Source: Candidatus Saccharimonadota bacterium
Lineage (GTDB): Bacteria; Patescibacteriota; Patescibacteriia; 2-12-FULL-60-25
Direction: 5' to 3'
Length of the DNA stretch: 32,000 bases
Assembly: GCA_022843095.1 (NCBI GenBank)
Contig: JALHOH010000002.1
Location: 180,001-212,000, forward strand
The notes under the pieces are model-generated. The model was given only the letters and a program-made list of their open reading frames with translations, was not told the origin of the DNA and ran no database searches. The number at the start of each line of letters is the position of its first letter. Position 1 is the stretch's first letter. The position numbers and the translations under genes were made by a program. Positions 1-7,839 of the stretch are shown in pieces.

Positions 1-1
1 C

Positions 2-235
2 GCTTCCGGTGCCCTCATGACCCGCTATCCGCAAGGACTTGCTAGCGCGCTGGCCAAAATCCGCGACCACGGCGTCCCCTTGCAAACCGCATCACGTGCA
101 ACCGCACACCTTTGGATCGCGAACCCATTCGGGGCGCATGCGATTGGATCACGTGCCGCCGAACTGTTTTCCACCCATCCGCCGATTGAAAAGCGCATTG
201 CCGCGCTCGATAAAATGTCCCGCGCAGAATCCTAA
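2..235 (+). CDS. htpX: HtpX-like M48 zinc metalloprotease, C-terminal fragment (5' end lies outside the window)
   Basis: The frame is open from the window edge. The C-terminal tail ...AAELFSTHPPIEKRIAALDKM matches the conserved HtpX/M48 C-terminal motif. TAA stop at 233-235. Confidence 0.7.
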   Translation, partial: ASGALMTRYPQGLASALAKIRDHGVPLQTASRATAHLWIANPFGAHAIGSRAAELFSTHPPIEKRIAALDKMSRAES

Positions 236-244
236 CCAAAACGT

Positions 245-2758
245 ATGCTAGAACCACACCTGCTTGGTCGATTCACGACCCATCTGAAAGAGGCGCTGCA
301 CAAAGCGCTGCTGTTTGCGATCCAGCACGGACGCGACCTGGTGGAGCCGGGCGATTTAGTCGTGGGGCTGCTGCGCGAACAGGGGTCACTTGGTTCTGAA
401 ATTTTGCGGAAGGCGAATATCACGGTAGAGGCGGCTGAACGCGCGTTTCAAGGCACACCCGTGGCGCGTGAACCTGGAAGCGCAATCGCCCCGGACCTTT
501 CCTCTGGGGTCAAACGTGCTCTAGAAAAAAGCGTGCTCACCGCGCATCAGTTTGAACATAAATACATCGGTACCGAGCATCTCCTTTCTGCGCTCTTGGA
601 ACTTGCCTTACCGGACGTTCAGGCGTTTTTTGCCGAACAGGGCATGAACCTAGAACTTGCCCGCGAACAGGTCACGAACGTGCTCAAATCCACGGGAAAG
701 TTTCCGGATCTGCACCCGACGGAACCCATCGACAGCCACACGCATCCGCACGCCGCGGCAGGAGAAGAAGAATCCGCCACAGAGACGCCGAATCCCCTCC
801 CCGGAAAATCTCCAGACCGAGGTCGCAAGCCGCGGGCACTCGAAGTGTTCGCGCGCGAGCTGACCGCCCCGGAACTGCTGCAAAAATTAGATCCGGTGAT
901 TGGACGCGAACAAGAGCTGGATCGCGTCATCGAAATCCTGTGCCGACGCACAAAAAATAATCCCATCCTCCTGGGCGAGCCGGGCGTTGGAAAAACCGCA
1001 ATCGCGGAAGGATTGGCTCAACGCATTGCGCAAGGTGCCGTCCCGGATGCCCTGCAAAACAAACGATTATTCGCCATTGACCTGGCGCTTATTGTCGCGG
1101 GCACCATGTATCGCGGCGAATTTGAGGCGCGTCTCAAGCAATTGTTGGAAGAGGTCAAGCAAGACGCCAACGCCATTCTCTTTATCGATGAAATCCACAC
1201 CATCGTCGGTGCCGGTTCTACGTCCGGCAGTTTGGACGCGGCAAATATCCTCAAACCGGCGCTTGCCCGTGGAGAAATCCGATGTATCGGCGCGACCACG
1301 TGGGCGGAGTACAAAAAACACATCGAACCGGATGCGGCGCTTGAACGGCGCTACCAACCGGTGTCGGTCGAAGAACCGTCTGCCGAACTAACACGTCGCA
1401 TGTTGGACGGAATTTGTGGCGCCTACGAATCGCATCATGGCGTAAAATTCACCAAAGAAGCGTTGTCGTGTGCGGTCGCCTATGCCGAACGCTATCTCAC
1501 GGATCGGCATTTTCCGGACAAAGCGATTGACCTACTCGATGAAGCGGCGGCGCATGTGGCCTCCAAACGCTCTTCCCGCGAACTCACCGAACGCACGCGA
1601 AGTCTGGATGTTGCGCTTTCTGCTATCCGGGAAGAAAAAGAACGTCTTGTAGCGGAAGACAAGCTCATCGAAGCGGCCAAGCGCATGAAAGATGAACAGC
1701 GACTCTTGAAAGAAAAAGCGTCGCTTGAAAAGAAGGGGAAACGCGATCGCGAAGCGCAACGACTGACCGTGGAAGCAGACCATATCGCCGCCGTCGTGGC
1801 ACGTCATGCGCATATCCCGCTCACACAACTCCTGCAAAGCGATCGTGCCCAGCTGAACGGATTAGCAACTCGATTAGCCAAACAGGTGCACGGCCAACCG
1901 GAAGCGGTGCGGGTCGCCGCAGAAGCAGTGCGTCGTGCGCGCTTGGGACTCGGTGATCCGATGCGACCCAAAACCAGCCTTCTCTTTGTCGGCCCCTCTG
2001 GTGTTGGCAAAACGCATCTCGCCCGACTGTTGGCGCAAGAACTGTTTGGACGCGAAGACAAGCTTGTAAAGCTAGACATGTCAGAATTCTCCGAAGGGCA
2101 TTCCGTCTCAAAACTCCTGGGATCCCCTGCCGGCTATGTCGGATTCCGGGAAGGGAACCGTCTTGCGGACACGCTGCGCAAGCATCCTCATGCCGTGGTG
2201 TTGTTCGATGAATTCGAGAAAGCGCATCAAGACGTACAGCATCTACTCTTGCAGGCGCTGGAAGACGGTCATCTCACGGACGCAACGGGCAAACGCATTT
2301 CCCTGCGCCATGCCTACATCGTCCTTACCTCGAACATTGGCGCCGACCTGATCCATCAAGGATCCATTGGGTTCGGTGATGGCACGACGCATGGCGCGTA
2401 CACCGACCGTGTGCGAGAAGAAGTGGCCCGTCGCCTACGTCCAGAACTCCTAAACCGATTGGACGCGGTGGTCGTGTTCGAACCGCTTGCGAAGGACGCT
2501 CAACGCGCCATCTTGGCACGTGAAGTCGACACACTTCTTGAACGCGTACGGACCCAAACGACGGTTGGATTCCAGGTCGCCGAGGACGTGCATGACTGGA
2601 TGCTTGCCCGCCTGACGTCTTCCGAAGAAGGGGCGCGCGGGATCCGTCGCCTGGTCGATCTCCATCTCGCAAAACTTCTGACAGACGCACTCATCACCGC
2701 ACCGGAAAAGAAAAAATGGAAACTACAGATCAAGAAAAACGCCCTCGCCCTTTCGTGA
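245..2758 (+). CDS. clpC: Clp/Hsp100 AAA+ chaperone-unfoldase, ClpC-like (two nucleotide-binding domains, short middle domain)
   Basis: 837 aa. The N-terminus resembles a Clp_N repeat. Walker A of NBD1 is [18 protein letters not shown] with Walker B LFIDEIH. Walker A of NBD2 is [15 protein letters not shown] with Walker [12 protein letters not shown]. The coiled-coil insert between the NBDs is short, which favours ClpC over ClpB. A SIGFG loop after the TSNIG motif could be a ClpP-docking IGF tripeptide. Confidence 0.9.
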   Translation: MLEPHLLGRFTTHLKEALHKALLFAIQHGRDLVEPGDLVVGLLREQGSLGSEILRKANITVEAAERAFQGTPVAREPGSAIAPDLSSGVKRALEKSVLTAHQFEHKYIGTEHLLSALLELALPDVQAFFAEQGMNLELAREQVTNVLKSTGKFPDLHPTEPIDSHTHPHAAAGEEESATETPNPLPGKSPDRGRKPRALEVFARELTAPELLQKLDPVIGREQELDRVIEILCRRTKNNPILLGEPGVGKTAIAEGLAQRIAQGAVPDALQNKRLFAIDLALIVAGTMYRGEFEARLKQLLEEVKQDANAILFIDEIHTIVGAGSTSGSLDAANILKPALARGEIRCIGATTWAEYKKHIEPDAALERRYQPVSVEEPSAELTRRMLDGICGAYESHHGVKFTKEALSCAVAYAERYLTDRHFPDKAIDLLDEAAAHVASKRSSRELTERTRSLDVALSAIREEKERLVAEDKLIEAAKRMKDEQRLLKEKASLEKKGKRDREAQRLTVEADHIAAVVARHAHIPLTQLLQSDRAQLNGLATRLAKQVHGQPEAVRVAAEAVRRARLGLGDPMRPKTSLLFVGPSGVGKTHLARLLAQELFGREDKLVKLDMSEFSEGHSVSKLLGSPAGYVGFREGNRLADTLRKHPHAVVLFDEFEKAHQDVQHLLLQALEDGHLTDATGKRISLRHAYIVLTSNIGADLIHQGSIGFGDGTTHGAYTDRVREEVARRLRPELLNRLDAVVVFEPLAKDAQRAILAREVDTLLERVRTQTTVGFQVAEDVHDWMLARLTSSEEGARGIRRLVDLHLAKLLTDALITAPEKKKWKLQIKKNALALS

Positions 2759-2769
2759 GGGCGTTTTTT
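2738..2769 (+). terminator. Rho-independent terminator overlapping the clpC stop codon
   Basis: Stem aacgccctc (2738-2746) pairs with gagggcgtt (2757-2765) around a 10-nt loop and is followed by a T-run at 2764-2769. The TGA stop (2756-2758) sits inside the hairpin. Confidence 0.7.
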
Positions 2770-2777
2770 ATCCGCTG

Positions 2778-2786
2778 TGGTAAAAT
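2778..2786 (+). promoter_or_regulatory. Extended -10 element TGgTAAAAT, 6 nt upstream of the ATG at 2793 (candidate leaderless promoter)
   Basis: TGgTAAAAT lies at 2778-2786, followed by the spacer cacgcc and then the ATG. No Shine-Dalgarno sequence lies between them. Confidence 0.4.
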
Positions 2787-2792
2787 CACGCC

Positions 2793-5700
2793 ATGGCCGA
2801 CCTCGCCTCCCCGTTTTCTCCCCCGGCAACCATTCCCGTGGGACTTCCATTGGAATTGCCCGGTCGATTCAAGGGGAATTGGACCGTGTCCGGAACGGAT
2901 GTTGCAGGAAACGCGCTTCTGACAAAGGCCACCTCCTACGGGATGGAAACGTTGACCGTGGCGCCGGAAACCATCTCCCTGCTTCGCGAATGGCGTCCGA
3001 ATCAAAAACGCAAACCGCTGAAGCAAAAAGTGGGAGCGCAACGCATCCCGACGCCAAACGGCTATGCGGATGTCAAAGGATTTGATGCTCACGCCAAAAC
3101 CTATTTTGTCGAGCTTACGGATGATCGTGGGAACGTGTCCAAGCAATGGATCAAAGAAAGTGACGCGCTGGCGTTAAAAACAGACCCCGCCAAAACGGCC
3201 GCGCGGCTGATGGCGAAACCGCAAGAAAAAAAGGAGGAGCCCGCAGAAGAACCGACCGCTTCCAAAGAACGTCCGAGCGCAGCGACGCGTGCATTCCGCG
3301 CCGTTGCAGGGGTTCGGACCGCAAAAGAAGCTACAGAGACTCCGGTCAATGCCACCGAAGCAGAGCGCGCGAAACAGGTAAAAAAACGCGTGGTTCAAGC
3401 CCGCGCCAAAAAAACCGGCATGGACCCGGAAGATGCGGAACGCGCATTGGAAGAGGAACCCATCACCGAGGAAGAACGCGAACGCGCGCAGACGGCGATC
3501 GAATCCGGCGAAGACGAAGACACAGACGTCGTGCCCGCGCCTGCGGAACCTGCACGAAGCGCTCCCCCTTCTCCGCCGGTCACGCTCCGAGACATGCGCG
3601 TGGAAACGCTCGCGGACGCGGTCGAACGCCCTTCCACCATGGACGCGGAGACGGCCAAAACCCTGGCGCAAGATCCAACGCTTCGGGAGGAGGTCAAGCA
3701 AACGCTGCGCGCAAAACGAGAGGCGCGTAAAAATGCGTCGACAGAACCAACGGATGGACGGATAAACGAAACGGATCGCGCGCTTGCGGCACTGGAAACA
3801 CCCAAGGCGTTGCTTACGCATGTCGTCGACGCCAAAACGCGTGCCATCCAAACGCCTGAGGCGACAGAGACGGCTGCAGATGCGCGCCAATCCGCAAAAG
3901 AACTCCAAGAAGTCGAGCGCGCCCTTGCAGAAGAAACAGAGGTCGAACAAATCGCCGAAACGCTCATCGAACAGCCGGCTTCTGTCTCACTGGATCAGGC
4001 GAAACGGCTGGTGGCGGACCAAGCGTTTCGTGCACGCGTGGAACTACGCATACAAGAACAGGCGACCCCTCAATCCCAAACGCCAAGCCGTGTCGAACAA
4101 GAGCGGGCGGCACGCGCCGCACGCATGGCCGGAGCGTTCCAAGACGATGATCCGGTCGCGGTGGTCAAAGCCATTGCAGAGGCACGAAAAGAACGCCGCA
4201 CCACCAAAGAAGGCGCGGAAACGCCGAGTACCCCCGAAGCGAAGGAAGTTGCCGCATGGAACGCGCTTCAAACGCAGTCTGCGGATCAGATCCGCGCCAC
4301 CTATACCCCACCTCCGCTTCCTTCGCTTGCGCCTACCATCCCGGCCGTGATCGCTGGGGGCATCGCCGGTGTTGGAGCAACCGTTGCGTCAGCCGTGACC
4401 GGAGGAGGCGCCATTCCCACCCCTTCCATCCCTTCTGGAACACCTCTAAAAACCCGTGCTTCCGCAGAGGTCGGTCTTGAGCTTACCCCGGGAGACGTCC
4501 AAGTCCCGGAGATTTCCGCACCACCTTCGGTGAGCCAAACCATCCGGGCGCATCTTTCGCTCATGCGAGACCAGCAGGTCGCACGTACCCAAGCCCAACC
4601 TCTCAAACCACCCCTCCCCACAGGAGGAAGCGCCGTATCCGCAACAGAAGCGGGATCAAAAACGCGTGGAGACGCGTCGTTTACGGTCCGTGTCGAAGGA
4701 CTTCGGGCACGTGCCGGGAACGCCCTCCCCATCCTTCAAGCACGCATTCAACAACTCGGGGCAACGCAAGCCTCGTTTCAAGAACAGATCAAACAAGCAC
4801 GCATGCCGGGGTCAGCAACCAGCGCCGAGCTCCCGGCTCTAGAAGCGGGTCTTGCAGAAGCGATCAACCAACAACGCGCGGCAGAACGCGACACCATCAC
4901 CATCCAGCAATTTATCGCAAATCCTGGAGCCACCTCCGAGGCACTCGTGTCGGCGCTTGAACAACGGTTCCTAGAGCCAGATCTCGCGCCTTCCCTAGAG
5001 GAACCCCTGACGCTTCAACCCCCTCCAACCCCGGCGCGGGTCGGAACCGGGCTCCCCATCCCCCCTCCGCGACCGTCGAAAACGACGACGGCTGCCACTG
5101 GAAAAGCCATTCCGGGCATGAAGCAGGCGATTTCTCGTACCCCTCTTTCGATGGGAAGCACCGGATCCTCGGATACCCAACGACTTGCCGCATTCTCACA
5201 AGCACAACAACAGGATCGCATCACAGACACGCGATCGCAGCAGCTCTCCACCGAGGGTGGAAGCGGTGCCGGGGCGATCGAAACAATTCCACAAACCTAC
5301 GGCGCCTCCTCTTCGGAACAAGAAAGCGAACGCGGCAGGCAGCGCAAAATGCAACAAACGCGTGCCCGGTTTTTAGGCACACGCACCGAAGAAGAACAAC
5401 TGGGAGAAAAAGCGGGCGTTGAAGGCGTTGTAACAGAAGAAGAGGGTGCAGAGCCGGAACGACCGCGATCGGACGCAGTGACACAGGATCTGCAACGGGC
5501 CAAACAATTTGCCGTGAAGCGTCAAATTGCCGTCCAGGTCAAACAGGAAGAGGACAAACGCATTGCGGCCGCCGCAGCCGCTGCAGCCGCCGCTTCTGGA
5601 GGAAATCCGGCGGAAGAAGAGGCCCGCAAACAACTTCGCAGAACGCGCTTGCTCATGCTTACGGAACCAACCATCGGATCGACGATCGCGTATCCTTGGA

Positions 5701-5876
5701 TCGGTATCGTGCTCTTCCTCTGGAAACAAATGGGAAATCCCCCGCGCCCTCTGCAAACAGAATGGTGGGAAGATGCGCTCGCCATCGCGATTTTGGTCGT
5801 GGAAGCATTCTTGCTGCTATCGCTCGTGTATTTCGCCTTCATGATCGTCCAGGTCATCGCGCGTGTCGGTGGATAA
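2793..5876 (+). CDS. Hypothetical 1027-aa low-complexity (E/A/K/T/P-rich) protein with a C-terminal membrane anchor
   Basis: The ORF is long and uninterrupted. No N-terminal signal peptide is visible. A roughly 130-aa N-terminal region looks globular, followed by hundreds of residues of acidic, Ala- and Pro-rich sequence including a 10-Ala run. The last ~70 aa contain two hydrophobic helices (TIAYPWIGIVLFLW and ALAIAILVVEAFLLLSLVYFAFMIVQVI). Confidence 0.75.
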   Translation: MADLASPFSPPATIPVGLPLELPGRFKGNWTVSGTDVAGNALLTKATSYGMETLTVAPETISLLREWRPNQKRKPLKQKVGAQRIPTPNGYADVKGFDAHAKTYFVELTDDRGNVSKQWIKESDALALKTDPAKTAARLMAKPQEKKEEPAEEPTASKERPSAATRAFRAVAGVRTAKEATETPVNATEAERAKQVKKRVVQARAKKTGMDPEDAERALEEEPITEEERERAQTAIESGEDEDTDVVPAPAEPARSAPPSPPVTLRDMRVETLADAVERPSTMDAETAKTLAQDPTLREEVKQTLRAKREARKNASTEPTDGRINETDRALAALETPKALLTHVVDAKTRAIQTPEATETAADARQSAKELQEVERALAEETEVEQIAETLIEQPASVSLDQAKRLVADQAFRARVELRIQEQATPQSQTPSRVEQERAARAARMAGAFQDDDPVAVVKAIAEARKERRTTKEGAETPSTPEAKEVAAWNALQTQSADQIRATYTPPPLPSLAPTIPAVIAGGIAGVGATVASAVTGGGAIPTPSIPSGTPLKTRASAEVGLELTPGDVQVPEISAPPSVSQTIRAHLSLMRDQQVARTQAQPLKPPLPTGGSAVSATEAGSKTRGDASFTVRVEGLRARAGNALPILQARIQQLGATQASFQEQIKQARMPGSATSAELPALEAGLAEAINQQRAAERDTITIQQFIANPGATSEALVSALEQRFLEPDLAPSLEEPLTLQPPPTPARVGTGLPIPPPRPSKTTTAATGKAIPGMKQAISRTPLSMGSTGSSDTQRLAAFSQAQQQDRITDTRSQQLSTEGGSGAGAIETIPQTYGASSSEQESERGRQRKMQQTRARFLGTRTEEEQLGEKAGVEGVVTEEEGAEPERPRSDAVTQDLQRAKQFAVKRQIAVQVKQEEDKRIAAAAAAAAAASGGNPAEEEARKQLRRTRLLMLTEPTIGSTIAYPWIGIVLFLWKQMGNPPRPLQTEWWEDALAIAILVVEAFLLLSLVYFAFMIVQVIARVGG

Positions 5877-5910
5877 CCTCGCCCTGCAGTCCCGTTTTCG
5901 TGTCCGATCG

Positions 5911-5918
5911 TGTATACT
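5911..5918 (+). promoter_or_regulatory. -10-like element TGTATACT, 8 nt upstream of the ATG at 5927 (candidate leaderless or very short leader promoter)
   Basis: TATACT lies at 5913-5918 and is preceded by TG. The spacer aaccgcgt is followed by the ATG. No SD motif is present. Confidence 0.35.
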
Positions 5919-5926
5919 AACCGCGT

Positions 5927-7165
5927 ATGAACCCTCGCCTTAAGCAGGCGCTGCTCGTGGTTGGCTTTCTTGCGATCGTCGCAGGCCTTGCATTCGCCTT
6001 GTATTACGTTTTTTTCCGCGAAGAACCGTCCCAAATTCTTCCTGAACCGACCCCGATCCCCGGCGCACCGCTTCCCTCAGCGGGCACTGGCCGTCCCACG
6101 ACGACTGTTTCCGTGCCTGGCGCACTTCCATCTGCCCCAACGCCGGCCGCTCCTCCATCTCCTCTCGCGTTCCCCTCTCCTGAAGCGGCAGAAGCGCCTC
6201 GGACCACCGTTCTCAACGAAAACGTGTCACAGGCGATATCGCTTTCACAGTCCGGCGGCGTACGTTTGTACGACAGTTTTTCCGGACGGTTTTTCCGCAT
6301 CACGGATGAAGGGCAGCGCATTCCCCTGGGCACGCAAACCTTCTTTAACGTCGCGGATGTCGCGTGGGCCAATAGTTCCGATAAGGCCGTGTTGACCTAT
6401 CCCGACGGATTCAAAACGCTCTACGATTTCACCACCGGACAACAGGTGACGCTTCCCAAACACTGGGAATCCTTTCAATTTTCTCCGCAGGACGACAAGA
6501 TCATCGCGAAAAGCATGGGAAACAACGAGGATAACCGGTTTCTTGTGATCGCGAACCCGGACGGAACCAACGCCGAAGCGGTGGAAGCGCTGGGAACCAA
6601 TGCCGATCGCGTTCAAGTAAGCTGGTCTCCCAACAACCAAGTTGTCGCCTTTGCGCAGACCGCCGAAGGGATCGGGTTTGATCGTCAACAAATCCTACTG
6701 GTCGGCAAAAACCGGGAAAACTTTAAAGCGTTGGTTGTGGAAGGACGTGGATTTTTGCCCAGCTGGTCGCCCTCTGGAGAAAACGTGCTCTACAGCGTGT
6801 ACGACGGATCCAGCGGATTCCGCCCATCCCTTTGGATCAGCGGCGCATCTGGCGATAACGTGAATGCAAACCGACGCAACATCCAACTGCAAACGTGGGC
6901 GGATAAATGTACCTGGAAAGACGAACAGACCGTATTCTGTGCCGTCCCAACCCAACTTCCGGAAGGCGCAGGCCTTCAGCGCTCTGTCGCAGATGGCATT
7001 CCTGATCAGATCTATCGCGTCGATCTTGCGACCGGACAAACGGTGAATCTTGGCCAGCCGGACGGAAATCCAACGATCAATCGCCTGCTCATTGCACCGG
7101 ACGGTCGCGCCGTTTACTACAACGACCGCATCACGGGTCGCCTTGTGCGCTATGCTCTCCCCTGA
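5927..7165 (+). CDS. Membrane-anchored TolB-like (PD40/WD40-like) beta-propeller protein
   Basis: 412 aa. An N-terminal TM helix (LLVVGFLAIVAGLAFALYYVFF) is followed by a Pro-rich linker and then repeated propeller-type motifs: LVIANPDGTN, SWSPNNQVVAF, PSWSPSGENVLYS and LLIAPDGRAVYY. Confidence 0.8.
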   Translation: MNPRLKQALLVVGFLAIVAGLAFALYYVFFREEPSQILPEPTPIPGAPLPSAGTGRPTTTVSVPGALPSAPTPAAPPSPLAFPSPEAAEAPRTTVLNENVSQAISLSQSGGVRLYDSFSGRFFRITDEGQRIPLGTQTFFNVADVAWANSSDKAVLTYPDGFKTLYDFTTGQQVTLPKHWESFQFSPQDDKIIAKSMGNNEDNRFLVIANPDGTNAEAVEALGTNADRVQVSWSPNNQVVAFAQTAEGIGFDRQQILLVGKNRENFKALVVEGRGFLPSWSPSGENVLYSVYDGSSGFRPSLWISGASGDNVNANRRNIQLQTWADKCTWKDEQTVFCAVPTQLPEGAGLQRSVADGIPDQIYRVDLATGQTVNLGQPDGNPTINRLLIAPDGRAVYYNDRITGRLVRYALP

Positions 7166-7838
7166 TCGTCCACGCGAACATCACGTCCTCCTTTTTAGCG
7201 TCTTGGGGCTCATGCTTCTTGTGCTTGGCGTGCTTGGATGGAACCTGTTTCATCAATCAAGTACGCGTTTCCGCATTGGGAATGCCCCTCCGTCACTCCA
7301 AGAGGATGCGCAGACAAAAAAACCAACGCTTCCTCCTGAATCTCCAAAAGCGCCCGTACGGGGGCCCGAAGACCCGCGGTATCCAACCGTGACCCTGTTC
7401 GCGGATTACACCTGTCTCTATTGCCGTGGCGTCGCGATGGAATTAGAACGCGTGGCCGCCGGTGGGATTGCATTTCGCTATGTGTGGCGTGATCTTCCGC
7501 ACACCGAAGAGCGGCCGGACGGCATTATTGCGAGTGCCGCTGCACGGTGCGCGCAAGATCAGGGAAAGTTCTGGCAACTCCACCCATTGCTACTGACAGC
7601 CAAGTCCTTTGACCTCAAATCCCTGCAAAGTCTGGCCACGCAAGCCGGTCTGGATCTGCCACGCTTCAACGCCTGCATGGACTCGGGAGAGATGGTTCCT
7701 TCCATCCAGCAAGAAGCGGAAGTCGCTCGACAATCCAACATCACGGGGACGCCAACGCTGTTTATCGGATCAACGGTGATTGAGGGATACGTCACCGCCG
7801 AAGAACTTCGTGGCCTTATTCAACGCTCGACTCGCTGA
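7152..7838 (+). CDS. DsbA-family thiol:disulfide oxidoreductase, membrane-anchored
   Basis: I take the start as the ATG at 7152 (MLSPDRPREHHVLLFSVLGLMLLVLGVLGW is a TM anchor) rather than the ORF-track start at 7050, which lies deep inside the upstream gene. The CXXC active site is YTCLYCRG. The cis-Pro loop GTPTLFIG is typical of DsbA/thioredoxin-fold proteins. Confidence 0.8.
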   Translation: MLSPDRPREHHVLLFSVLGLMLLVLGVLGWNLFHQSSTRFRIGNAPPSLQEDAQTKKPTLPPESPKAPVRGPEDPRYPTVTLFADYTCLYCRGVAMELERVAAGGIAFRYVWRDLPHTEERPDGIIASAAARCAQDQGKFWQLHPLLLTAKSFDLKSLQSLATQAGLDLPRFNACMDSGEMVPSIQQEAEVARQSNITGTPTLFIGSTVIEGYVTAEELRGLIQRSTR

Positions 7839-7839
7839 C

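Noticed and set aside
245-2758. Calling the Hsp100 protein ClpB
   Set aside because: The middle coiled-coil domain between the two nucleotide-binding domains is short, which is ClpC-type. An IGF-like loop (SIGFG) is also present, and ClpB lacks one. ClpC-like is therefore the better call.
3174-3967. Minus-strand ORFs (258 aa and 190 aa) inside the 1027-aa gene
   Set aside because: They arise from the purine-rich GAA/GCA codon bias of the sense strand, and their products are Arg/Ser/Cys-rich nonsense.
5565-5594. GCN-rich tract (gcggccgccgcagccgctgcagccgccgct) as a tandem repeat or CRISPR-like element
   Set aside because: It is simply ten consecutive Ala codons within a long ORF, with no spacer-repeat architecture. 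No CRISPR array is present anywhere in the window.
7050-7839. ORF-track upstream starts at 7050 (DsbA-like gene) and 7780 (exoprotein 1)
   Set aside because: Both extensions overlap the preceding genes by 60-115 nt and add residues that do not look like a signal peptide. The internal ATGs at 7152 and 7840 give a TM anchor and a signal peptide and fit stop-start coupling.
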